Origin: Atractiella rhizophila
Taxonomy: Eukaryota
DNA length: 64,000 bases
Assembly: GCA_021432655.1 (NCBI GenBank)
Contig: MU271189.1
Span: 62,001 to 126,000 of the forward strand
Direction: 5' to 3'
Each line of letters begins with the position of its first letter. Position 1 is the stretch's first letter. The translations under genes were made by a program, and so were the position numbers. This document shows, in pieces, positions 38,220 through 50,443 of this stretch. The notes below the pieces were generated by a model. That model saw nothing but the letters and a program-made list of their open reading frames with translations, did no database searches and had not been told where the DNA came from.

Positions 38220-40238
38220 TTCGACTTCAGCTTCAATACGAGAGAATTGAGGACTGCTGCTCGATGAAAACACAAGGAGGGATCTTGTCTCCTTTTATAG
38301 CTTTCGCTGCGAAGTAGGCACAGGACGTCACCTCTCACTACTCCCCCCTCGAAATCTCGAAGCCTCACTGGTTCCGTGACCCAAAGACGGTCCGCCATGC
38401 CCCTCAACTCCACGAAACGCGTCCTTGACGCCGAAAGGAAGGGATACTTTCGCGTCACCCTCGTCGATGATTGAATTGATGTTCTCCTTCCGAAGCAGTC
38501 GACGAGATGGGCAGGTGTGGTTGCCGACTCATACGGAAACGTAGACGCGTGCTAGAGAAACGTTTGACCTTGAATATTCAAACAATTCTCATGACGAGAA
38601 CCATAAACCCTTGGATATTCGCGCTGAATTGAATAGAAGAGAAGGTTGGGGGAGGAAGTGACTTCGGCATTCGACCCCACCACCTCTTTGAATTGAGAGG
38701 AGGAGGCAGAGCGGGAGTGGATGAGATGAAACGTTGTTTTGTTTGAGAGCACCTTGAGAAGGAGTCAAGCCCTGCATCGTTTGGCTAGAAGCCTGTTGAA
38801 CTCGCATCCTCAAACCTTCACCCCGCCCTTCGCCTTGCGACCTCTCGGCCAAGGAAATGGGTGGGCAAAGTTTCAATTCAATGGCGGGATGGAATGGACA
38901 TATTTGAATAACAATGACGGCGTCCTCCCCGTCCTGCAATCCAATCTTCGAAGTGACAGCGAGGACCCGAAGTGCTGTCAAAGAGAGTCCGGAGGGAGGG
39001 TCATGCATGACCTAAACGTTCGATTGCGAAACATGAATGCATAATCTTGATTCCGCTCTGGCTTGCGGAAAAAGAGAATCGAGTCGGGCTCCGAGGAAGC
39101 AAAGGCCAAGGTCAAAGTTCCACCCATTCATTCGAAACCTTCATGGTTCTCAAGGAAGAGCGGGGTGGTTTTCAAAACCTCGGACTCCTGACAGTATCGA
39201 TTTGAGAAAGACCTGTTCATTCATCGAATATTGCGTGCTATTTCGCGCTTATGTCTTCTCGGAAAGAAACCGAGGGATCGACGAGGAGCTCTTGTCAAAC
39301 GGCGGTTCAGACTCGCCTGCTGCCCACTCCTTTGGAGCCCCATCTTGGTTCTTGCGGGGGGGGAAGGCTCTCCCACTATCTCAGCTCCAACTGAACGACC
39401 ATCAAGCCGCTCCTTCTTATCAATAAGTGAATTCATCATATTCTCTTGGTAGTCTGAGCGTTATCGCGCCTTTCAAGCTTGCAAGACCCAATAAAAGGGG
39501 AAAAATCGAAAGCTCACCCCCAAACGAAGACACCCCCTCATTTCATGACCTAAATCACACCACTTTTCAGCAGAACACCATCAATTTCCACAAATTGCAT
39601 CTATCTGACCCTCTCCGCCACTAATCGCGCAACATCCACCGATGTCTCACCATTCCATTCTTGCTCCGCTCCGCTCATCTGAGTGATTTGTCCCGTCCGG
39701 ATGTTTCCAAAGTAAGGAAGGCTCGCAAACCACTCAGAAAAATTTCTGCCAAGCGACAGACAACAACTCGCTCTGAAGAGGTGCTATCGAAGAGTTCTGT
39801 TGAGAGTTTTGGGACGGAAGTGACCGTGGGAACTGTGTTAACGGCAGGATCTGATCCTCCTTGTGTGGTATTGGCATACAGGTATGTCTAGCTATTCGTC
39901 TGGCTAAAAGTGCGCAAAGGGGATCGTTCACTTGCAGTTATGTGTGATCAAGCGTCTCATTCGACTCCATTTTGCCTTTTCTTTACTCGAATTACGCAAA
40001 GAAACTAGCTGCTGCTTGGCTCTGTCTGCCTGAGTTCCTTGCCTCTTGTGTCCCGACAAGGCCAGTTGTCCAGGGTATATTACTGCAGTTAGCACAGACG
40101 TATGAGTTACCATCGCGTTCATCCAACGTCAGAGCATGGTGACGCCTGAACCCACCTTTGTTGTCGTCTTGACTGAACTCGCATTGCAAATCGAACTCAA
40201 CATTTCTTGAACAGTGAAAATTGTACAAAGGGTACACA

Positions 40239-42555
40239 ATGGCTCCGCCATCCCTCCAACGAAACTGGCAGACGCGTCGGGAGCTGCAAAATTTAGGCTA
40301 TTCGCCTCCTTCATCCGAAGACGAATTCGCCTCTCAGAAAGACATCATTTCCCTCGATTCCTCTGGACGGGATCCATCGCGCTTTGCGTTTCGGAAGAAG
40401 AAGGCGTTCGAAGATGAGGTAGAAGAGGAGGTTTTTGCGCTCAATGGAGGCGGGCTGGGAAAGAAGAAAACGTTACTGAGAGACGAGGAAATGGATGTGG
40501 ATGGAGATGAGGAGGTCGGAGCAATGAAGAAGAGGAAGGAACGGAAGAGAAGGAGTGCCAAGGTGGAGGAAAAGAAGGGTCGGTTTGCAAAGCCTGCAGT
40601 TGCGGAGAGTGAACCACAAGGTGAGGAAGAGGGCGAGGACGATGTTGAGGCTCAAGAGAGATCATCTGAAGAAGATGAGGAGGTTGGAGAATCGTGGGGG
40701 AAAGCCTACCACCTCGAAACAGCGGGTCACAGAGATGCGCGTCTACGGGCTGAGAAAAAGAAGAAGGGGAGAAAACCTCAAAGAAGGAAAAAAGGCAAAG
40801 GAAAGGATAGCGATGAAGAATCGGAGGCAGAAAAAGAAGCAAGGTATCTGGAGGAGGTAAGGAGGATTCAGAAGGAAAGAAACGCCCAATTGGAGGAAGA
40901 AGACTTCGCCCCCCTTGGAACTTGGGAATTTGGGGATGAGTACGTCCTTGCTTATTGCCTATCACCCTAAATATAACGGTTGATGACGAGGGTGACACAG
41001 AGGAGAGAAGGTGACAGAAGTCCCACCAGAACTGGACCGTCCATCCCTTGTTGGTCGGATCCTGAAAAAGTCGCCTCTCACGCTTGCTCTCGTTGACGAC
41101 TATCAGACCAAATTTCTCGAACTTGAAAAACTGCAAGCGGAGATCGCCAGCAACGCTGCCGCTTCATCAGCATCAGAGACGACAGCTCTGAACCCCAATA
41201 CCATAGCTGAAGTTGATAGACCCTCAACCGGCCCAGATCAGATCTTCCACCTACACTATCAGATGCTCTCCTCCTATCTCACCACACTCACGTTCTACTT
41301 TTATATCCTCTCCCATCCCACGATCCCCAAGAGTCATTTCCTCACGCTTGAATCGAAGGTACTGAAGCGCCTACTGGACTTTGGGAAGGTGCTGAGGACG
41401 ATGGAAGACCTGGAGTTGATCGGGGATCATGATCACCTCGGCTTGGCGAGCGACATGTTCGACATGGGAGAAGACATGGAGAGCCTTTGGGCAAGGGATG
41501 GAGGCAGCGAGAGCGAGGAGGAGATCGACAGTGATAAACCGCTTTGGAGCAAGGAGGAGATGGAGGAATTAGGCGAACTCGACGATGGAGAACTCCTGGC
41601 TTTGTTGGACGAATCCCGGGAAGATTTGGAGCTTGTTGACCAGAGGAAGGAGAAGAAGAAGGACGGTGCAAAGGTGACGGCACCAACACCGAAGAAGAAG
41701 AAAGGGGACTCACCCACGAATTCCAATTCAACGAAGAACGCCACCCAAACTGACCCTCTCTACCTCGATGACGAGGACCTATTCTCCTTCGTTCCACCGA
41801 ATCGCGATCCTCAGACAGGCGAGTCGAAGGCGAAGAAGCGGAAGAAGAATGTTGGCGCATCTTCCCTCGATTTCACGCCAAATGATTTCCTCGAAGCGTC
41901 GCCTTCCTCCTCAACCACAGCCTCAAAGCGTCATACATTACGCTTCCACACGTCACAAATCGAAGCGAAGTCGAAGAAACGGAAGGCGACCTTTGGAGGC
42001 GATGACGATTTGCCTGCAAAGAAGAGCAAGGGAGAGAGAAGGGCAGAAGAACTGAGGAAGCAAAAACATGGTGCTGCTGGTGTCGGTGCTGACTTGGACG
42101 CTGAGGATTTTGGAGCGGACGACCTCGAGATTGCCAGACAGGTTCGAGAGGCTGATGAGCTCGATATGAGCATGGAGGCTCCTGAGGAGGGAGATGGAGA
42201 CGGAGACGTTTACGGTCAAGTCGCCGCTTTCAAAGCGCAGAAGAAACGGGAGTCGAAGCGAGCGTATGATGCTGCGCGCCAAGAAGAAAGGGAAGAACTG
42301 ATGGATCCCTCCTCCGTCGATGGGCCGCGGTCCGCTTCAAGACAAATAATGAAGAACAAAGGCTTGACTCCTCACAGGAGCAAGGTGAACCGGAACCCGA
42401 GGGTCAAGAAGAAGATGCAATACGAGAAAGCGAAGAAGAAGGTGGCCTCTCAAAAGAGAGTTTATAAGGGCGGGATGGGAGCGCTGCGTAATGAAGGTTA
42501 CACTGGAGAGAAGACGGGAATATCAAAGAATTTGGTCAAGAGTGTTAGGTTGTGA
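40239..42555 (+). CDS. SAS10: Sas10/Utp3 small-subunit processome component, one intron (~40940-41000)
   Basis: C-terminal Sas10 domain RSASRQIMKNKGLTPHRSKVNRNPRVKKKMQYEKAKKK..YTGEKTGISKNLVKSVRL; central LHYQMLSSYLTTLTFY. Confidence 0.93.
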
Positions 42556-43107
42556 TGGAAATCATGATGAGCGTTCGAATGGTATTGAGCCGGATAGTGT
42601 GATGTGTTCTGAGTGGGCGCTACCTAAGTGCGCGCCTCTGACCTGTCTCCACCAGAAAGGGTTTGGTTTGCTCTTTTCAGAACTATCTTGGCATCTGTTG
42701 GCATATCTCTTTCAGTGCATATCCCATCTAAATTTAGCATTAACCAGCTCTTTGACGCGACAATGGCACAAGCGAATTATCGTTAGCGTCTCCTATCAAT
42801 TGAAAAGCACGTCCCAGTTCGCAGATATGATCGTACAGATATTACAAACGATTCTTTGCAAGGGGTAGCTGCTTCAGACAGACAGTAGTGCTGAGGAAGT
42901 CTGCGGAGTATTTCAAGATCTGAGCGGATGAGCAGCCGAGAAGGAACCAATCGCAGTTGAATCTGGGGAATCTCTTCCTGTTTTGAGCATATTCGACGCG
43001 TCTGCTGAGCGTTTCCAGTTGTAAATCAAGCACATCAGTAGAAATGGATGCGCCAATTCTGACGGAAAGCGCACCGAAAACCGCGAGGGAATATGTTTCT
43101 TTCGCCT

Positions 43108-43170
43108 GAAACGGTCCGTCACAACCGATCGTGTGCAGATTCAGACCTTGTGGAGCCCCGCCTTTATAAA
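43108..43170 (+). promoter_or_regulatory. MFS promoter: CGGTCCG site plus TATAAA
   Basis: GAAACGGTCCGTCA at 43108, TATAAA at 43165, ATG at 43239. Confidence 0.5.
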
Positions 43171-43238
43171 TATGTGCTGCTTTTTCGTCGTCCCTCTCGA
43201 GAAAGCCTCCTCAAAGATCTCAAAGGACTTTCGCCGCC

Positions 43239-45479
43239 ATGGTCTTCCATTATCGCTCTTACGCTTTGGCCTGTATCGCGTACCTCGGTGCGCTCCTCTT
43301 CGTCAGTCTCCTGTCCACGCATTTTCGCATTTTCTGTCTTGCAATTTTCTGATCGACTTTATCAGGGTTACGACACTGGAGTAGCTGGAGGTGTCATTGT
43401 GAGCATCTTCTCTGCTATAGCTCAACTCAAAAAATTGACGAGCGCGATCAGGCTCTGCCATCTTTCCAATACGATTTCGGATTGGTGGATAAGCGAAATG
43501 CTGTAGCCACAACACATCACGACAAGAAAAGAGTGGCGGATCTCTCTGCCAATGTAGTCAGTGTACTACAAGCTGGCGCTTTCTTTGGTGCTCTGTGCGT
43601 CATCTTTTCGCAATATCCGCAAAGTTAGCTCATTGGAACTTAGCGCCGCTGCTCCATTGACCGATCGTCTGGGGAGGAAACCAGCGATCGCAATCCTCTG
43701 TGTCATCTTCATGATCGGCGGTATCATCCAGACAGCTGCAAACGGACATTTAGGCGCTATCTACGCAGGACGAGTAGTTGCGGGTACATTTTCCTTTAAC
43801 CCTGCAAGACTGATGACTGAATGCGGTTGCATATGGAAGGTCTCGGCGTCGGTGGGTTGTCGACTCTCTCACCTACTTTCGTCGCAGAATGTGCACCAAA
43901 GCAATCTCGTGGACGAATCTCGGGTCTTTTCCAGCTTTTCGTCGTCACTGGAGTCGCAATCTCGTCCGTTTCTCAACTTCACTCCCAAGACTCTGTTTAA
44001 CTTCTCAATGAAGGTACTGGACCACCTATGGTGTTAAGCTGCACGTGGCCACAGACAACGCTGCTCAATGGCGCATACCCTTTGGAGGTACGACAACAGC
44101 TTCCTTCTCAAAATTTTCTCTGACCTCTTTGGGCAGTTCAAATCATCCCTGGAGGTCTCCTCTTCCTTGGTCTCTTCTTGGTCAAAGAAAGTCCCCGTTG
44201 GTTGGCGAGGAAGGGAAGAAATGACGAAGCTCTGAGGAACTTGGCTTACCTCAGGCACGCGGACGAGACCGACCCCGCCGTGCTCGAGGAGTTTGCTGAA
44301 ATCAGGGCCTCAATCGACGCTGAAATCGCAGCAACTGAGGGTGTTACGTTCAAGGAAATCTTCGCAAAGGGAAATAGGATCAGGTTCTTCATCGGATTTA
44401 CTCTGATGGTGAGTTTCGGTCTCCCTACACTCTGAGGTTAACTTGAATTGACCTTGGCTTCAACAGACCCTTCAACAATGGGGTGGACAAAACATCGTCA
44501 ATTGTGAGCTCAAACATTTTTTCACTGGCCGTTACTAAGTTAGTCCGACAGATTATGCTCCCTCTATCTTCCAAAGCATTGGAATCTCTTCGGCTAACTC
44601 CTCCCTTTTCGCATCTGGAATCTGTGCGCATGCATGGCTCTCTCTCCTTCAACTTTTTTAACAATCATTTTAGACGGATTGATCAAGATCGCTTCCACCG
44701 CTGCTTTCCTCCTCATCGGTATCGAGCAATTCGGACGTAAGTTGTCTCTGGGATTCGGAGGCTTGGGAATGGGAACCCTCTTCTTCATTGTGGGAGCTAT
44801 CGGTACGTGTTGTACCCAACAAACACATCGATCTTTCTCATTGATAAAACCGTCAGGTCTCACCCATCCCCCCGACCCGAAAAAAGGAGTTTCCTCTTCC
44901 TCCATCGCGATGGCAGCCATGATTTATCTTTTCTCCATCGTCTACTCCTTCTCATGGGGACCCGTCCCATGGGTTTACAGCTCCGAAGTGCGTCCCTTCT
45001 CGTCCTCAAGTTGGCGACAATTGACGTGAGAATAGATCTTTCCCAACCGTTTAAGGGCCATGGGTATCGGATTCACTGCTGCAACTCAATGGATCATGAA
45101 CTTCGCCCTCAGCCGTACCGCTCCCATCGCTGAGGTCAACCTTGGATTCAGGCTCTTCATCACTTTTGGAGCCGTCAACATTTTCAGTACGTCCATTCAC
45201 CGTTCGCCCTTATATCCACGCTTAACACATTGCAACAGACGGATTCGTTGGATTCCTCCTCCCTGAGACTCGTGGTCGATCCCTTGAAGAGGTATTTCTT
45301 CCTTTGTGTCAAAATAACTCAAACTGATGGTCTCTGTTACTTAGATGGACGTCATCTTTGGCTTCGTTTCCAAGGAAGATCGTGCCGCTGCTGTTCAACG
45401 CTACCAGGAGAAGGATGCTGGAGATGCTCACAGCCTCGACTACGCTAGCTCGAAGAGCATGGATGAGAAGTCGGTTTGA
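43239..45479 (+). CDS. MFS sugar-porter family transporter (quinate-permease-like), many introns
   Basis: GALLFGYDTGVAGG, DRLGRK, AECAPKQSRGRISG, KESPRWL, QQWGGQN, FGRK, SWGPVPWVYSSEIFP, LPETRG. Confidence 0.92.
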
Positions 45480-45643
45480 TGTGGAAACATGACAGTCTCA
45501 AGACTGCAACGTATCGGTTTTGATGAGGTTCTGTTTCGCAATGCTGCAATGTCTATGTATCTTTCACGACCTTTTCATCCAACTACACGGCCCCAAACTT
45601 CAGCACATTGTCCCTAAACGGCTTTTTTTTCTGCTGAGAGCAT

Positions 45644-46785
45644 TCAGAACTCGATCTCTCCCTTGCTCACAGTAACCGCTTTCCCACCTATCTTCACCCG
45701 GTCGCCTCCATGCCAATCTAAATCCAGAATACCTCCTCTCGTGGATACTTGCTTCGCTCTCAACTTCCCCTTCTCTCGGACAGGATTTTTCAGATTCTTT
45801 GCTCCATCCGATGCCCAATACGGTCCTATCCACACAAGTCATCGTTACATTCATCAATCAGTAATCAGCATTGGAAGCAACGAACCGAGCAAGGCATGCA
45901 AAGAACCAGTGACTGGATCCTCCGGAATTCCCGAAGCTGGAGCGAAGAGCCTAGAATAAAAATGGAACTCTCCTCCCTCCTCAGCAGCAACTGTCACAGC
46001 AGTCCCTCTCCTTCCTCCACCAGACGCCGAAGAAACAAGCTGGCTCGGATTGACCGGCACACCTTCCAACTTCGTCCCTTCCGCCAAACGAACGACATAA
46101 TGGCCGGTCCTCTTCCCGTCTTCTTCTGCTGAAGCGCTAGGTGGCTCGCCAAATACCCCTACCCGCACCTCATCTAACTTGCCCTCCCATTCTCCTCCTG
46201 AAGCGCGGACGACGCCTTCAATCACTTTCTGAGCTTCTGCGGAGGCGGGGGGAATGAGACGGCTGGATGTATAGGGAAAGTCGAGGACGATGGTCCCGTC
46301 GAAGGGCAGAGAACGGCGAGCATACAATGTTCCGCTGAACACGCTTGCGAACTCGATGCTTTCTGCTTCGGGAGAGACGTAGACAGGATTGGAGAAGAGA
46401 ACATGGGCGGAAGCGATGGTCGCATCTGTGACACGTCCACGCAATAATCTTCAACACAGAAAGAACCGATCCGAAGAAAGGAAACGCGCACGTCCACATA
46501 ATGGTGCCTCCACTGATGGAGTGAACCACCGGATCTGAAATTTTGGCGTTTGAGGAGAGTTTCCAGGGAGAGGGAGGAGGAAAGCAGTTTCAGAGAGGTT
46601 AAATTCTCTACATTGTCTCTTCAGTTACCCGAAGAGTTTAATGACAGGAGAGAAGCCTACGCTCCAATCTTCTGCTTCACATCATCAGACAAGTCCCCAT
46701 GTTCAAGTACGATGACCGATGCCGGATTACCCGTGAATGGAGTGGAAGTAAAAGCGTCCACAACTTGAAAAGCAAGCTTTGTCAT
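45644..46785 (-). CDS. PhzC/PhzF-family (diaminopimelate-epimerase-like) protein
   Basis: FQVVDAFTSTPFTGNPASV, EFNLSET, EAPLCG, SRLFAPASGIPEDPVTGS, QVSTRGG, RVKIGGKAV. Confidence 0.9.
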
Positions 46786-47788
46786 TTTTTCTTCAAGTTC
46801 CACAGGTTCCCAATGTTCAAACTATTGAAGAAACGCGAAAAGCAAATGTTGCTGCGACAGGACAGGTTATTATACTGAGACAAAAGAGCCGAGTCACTCC
46901 TTTACTCAGCACACGACATGTTAGGATAAACATTGGTCATCAGACTCAGAGTAGAAGCCTTTCCTTTACGACGATTTGCTGCCATTCCGGCGAGGAAGAA
47001 CGTGGATATTGGATAGGTTGCGCGCGTCATACCGCAACCAACGAAGACTGAAGAGAGTGCAGTGCACTGGTGAGCGAGAATAAATACAGACACTGAGCAG
47101 CTAAGCATGGATCAAAACTCGGTTTCATTTTTATGTCTACCGAGACACACAAGGCTCAAAAGATGCATCTGTGACAAGTCAACCGAAGTGCGATAGAACT
47201 CAAGCTCAACTCAGCTCAGCTGATAGAGATTGCCTTTCGCCACGCTCTCCAAATGTCATGAAAAGAAAGTCTCCAATTCATTGCATAAGAATCACACTTC
47301 ACTGCATCGCTGCTCACATTTTATCCCATTTTCCTAATGCTTATGTGAGAATGCCTCCACACTTGCGAGCCAAATTTCAGACAGCTGCCCACAGGCAGTG
47401 TCTCTAAGAGCAATAATTTTGGCCCACCACCACGACTGCGCAATTTGGTCCATCCATTACGTTCCAAGTTATGCCCTGCCCAAGCTCCGACTCTGTGATG
47501 GTGACCGGGATGGCTGCCGTGATGGTGATAGGCATGGGCAAGAACTTTGACGCGTGACAACAACAAAGTTGGATCACACCCCTTAGAGGGACAGACACAC
47601 ATCACTCACACTCAAAATCTGCATAAAATCACATCTGCTTTTTCGCATCTCCTCACTGCAGAACAGCCTCTGAGCCGCAGAAGTAGGCATACCGGATCAC
47701 TTTGTTCCTTCAGTGCGTATTCTATAAGAACCCTTCCCCCTTCCGCTCCCTCAGAAAGACTCAAATTAACGCGTTTAGAAAAGTCAAC

Positions 47789-48469
47789 ATGTCGTGTTCA
47801 CCCCCTCCTCCCCCAAATCCTCGTCGAAATAACATCCCTCCTTATCCCGCCATCCTGAAGAGGAGCTACACCGCTCCTCAAAACTCGAAAACGAGATCAG
47901 TACTCGATGATATCACCAGCCAAGTTACCGCGAATTCCAACTTCCGGAGCGACGGTACAGCTCCCAATCCTTTCATGACCCCTCGCTCGCGCAGGAGACG
48001 AACGAGCGTTGAAAGCGACGAAACGGAGAATATGAGTCCAAGAAGCTCTCGGGTTCGCGTACGTTCCTTCTTTCCGTTGTGACGGGAAGTTTGGAAAGTG
48101 ATGTGTCTCCCTTTGTAGAGAGCGGTAACGATGCCTCTCGTGCTTCCTCACGGTCCATCAGGGTCGTCCTCTCCCTCTTCCTCCCCCGAACAGACTGTTC
48201 TCCGACCTTCGTCATCCACCAATTCACTCCTCTCTTCAACTCCGAGCAGCAGGAGACGATCCCATGTCCGCAATCCTCTCGCATCCACCTCTTCATCGTC
48301 GCTCCGTTCATCAGTACCATCTTCTCCCTCTTCTTCGGAAGGAGAAGATGAAATCAGACGACGACTGGAGAGAAAGAGGAGCGCCGAACTTGTGGAAGGC
48401 GACGATATGGACGTGGATGAGGCCGAAGACGCGCTAAGGAGGATGAGCAAGAGAGCGCGTGGAGACTGA
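47789..48469 (+). CDS. Small Ser/Pro-rich hypothetical protein, one intron
   Basis: MSCSPPPPPNPRR.. ORF plus a second exon ending in acidic/basic EGDDMDVDEAEDALRRMSKRARGD*. Confidence 0.5.
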
Positions 48470-49070
48470 GTATGGGATTGAGTATCGAGTGAATCTGCCT
48501 CTTTCGACTCTTTTGTTTTCGGATCGTATCGTGAATATGGATGTGTCGAGAGTATTGTATGAACCGAACCAGATCTTTTATCTTCACTTATCTTCGTTTT
48601 TCCTTTTCTCTCAAATCAGTTCGATTTTCGTGCAGAGAACAAATCCTCTTTTGCTCTTTATTTGATTGATTGATTGGAAGTGATCAATGTACAACGATAC
48701 AGCCGCCGTAGATTCTATCATCCTTCCATTTCTTTATTTCTTTCCCATTTCATGCTGTGTATGCGAACCTGCATCCTCCCTTATCTCTATGTTCCTATTT
48801 CTTTGATATGTCTCATACTTTCATGTCACTTGAATAACTGAAACATATGCCCAATATATACGTATCTCCAACGCGCCATCTTCACTGCACGGCTTCGAAA
48901 ACCCTTTCTTGCTGTTGGTCAAGCACGATGTAAACAAGACGCGACGCGCCAATCTCACGTGATTAATGTTAATTAAGCTTTTGGATCTCAAAATGCCTCG
49001 TGGTAGACCCTGACCCTACAATCTTTACACAAAAATTTCATCTCCAAGTTGAACAGAACAGGACCTCGAC

Positions 49071-49913
49071 ATGTCGTTCAGAGCAAGAGGAGGATCAGGC
49101 AGAGGACGAGGTGGCGGTGGCGGCGGCTTTGGTGATAGAGGAAGAGGACGCGGTGGTGGTTTCAGAGGACGCGGAGGAGGTGGTGGGGGTTATGATGCTG
49201 GGCCACCGGCTGAGGTTTTGGGTATGATGTTCCTTATTGCTAGTGCGGCGGGTAGGAGGATTGACGCTCTGGTGACGCTCTGGTGGTCTCTGCGGCGGCT
49301 GGTTAGAACTGGGTACTTTTGTTCATGCTGTGGAAGGAGAAATGTTGTGTCAGTCCACAAACGAGAAGGTATGATCACCTTTTTGCGGATTCTTCAGGCT
49401 TCTGATTCGAGAGTTGCATAATGTGTTCCTCTCTACGTCCAGATTCCGTACTTCAACGCTCCCATGTTCCTCTCCAACAAATCTGCAATTGGCAAAATCG
49501 ATGAGATTCTGGGACCTATCAACGAGGTTTACTTTACCATCAAGACATCTGAAGGAGTTGTAGCTTCCTCATTCAACAAGGGAGACAAAGTTTATATCGG
49601 CTCCGACAAACTACTACCCCTTGAGCGATTCCTACCAAAACCAAAACCTGCTCCAGGAGAAAAAGGTTTGTCTCTCTCTAGTTCTGCACTTTTGGTACCT
49701 GAACGTCGTACAGTCGCAAAACGAGGCGGAGGACGCGGTCGTGGTGCCCCAGGAGGTGGAAGGGGACGAGGAGCACCCAGAGGAAGGGGAGGAGACCGTG
49801 GACGAGGGCGTGGGTTTGGTGGTGGTGGCTTTGGAGGTGGTGGAGGACGTGGTGGTGGTGGTGGGAGGGGAGGGAGAGGAGGAGGAGGATTTAGAGGCCG
49901 GGGAAGGGGTTGA
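49071..49913 (+). CDS. GAR1: H/ACA snoRNP subunit Gar1
   Basis: RGG-rich termini flanking [28 protein letters not shown] and [19 protein letters not shown]. Confidence 0.96.
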
Positions 49914-50443
49914 GGCTTGGTTGGTGCGCTTCTCTTTGCTTTTGTTCGACCATGTGTACTTTATTCGTTACGCTTTTGTGTGCTAAAACTCTGCCCACGT
50001 GGTACAGAAAATTCCCCTCCTGCTGTCCCATAAGAAATTGTATTGAACGCTCGTCCACGTAAACTCATTACTAGTCGGAGCAAGGCCGCACTCCAGCTGC
50101 ATCTGGTGTTCTTTTTCGCGTTGCTTTGATCGCCTAAGACTTGAGATGTGCTCTTCCTGCGAGATGCCAAAATGCACCTACAGATAATAAAACGCGCTTT
50201 CCAACAACAATGTAGGTTTGATAAATATTTCAGATTGCAAAATGGAATATTGCCAAGCTAAGTCCCGATTATACAAACGATTAAACAACGCCTGATATTT
50301 TTTGATGCGACTCTGAAACTGCAAGAAACAAGGAGATGAAGGTGAGCATGGCAAAGTTGGAATAAGCTAGTACATAGTAAGAGTTCGCAATGTACACCTT
50401 TGCGTGGTTGTGTTTTTTGAAGAAACAACCGACAGCAGTACAT

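Noticed and set aside
38552..40200. ORFs of 65-139 aa upstream of SAS10
   Set aside because: No recognisable domain or spliced model could be built.
48940..48975. ACGCG repeats, TCACGTGA and TTAATTAA upstream of GAR1
   Set aside because: Short common motifs with no independent support.
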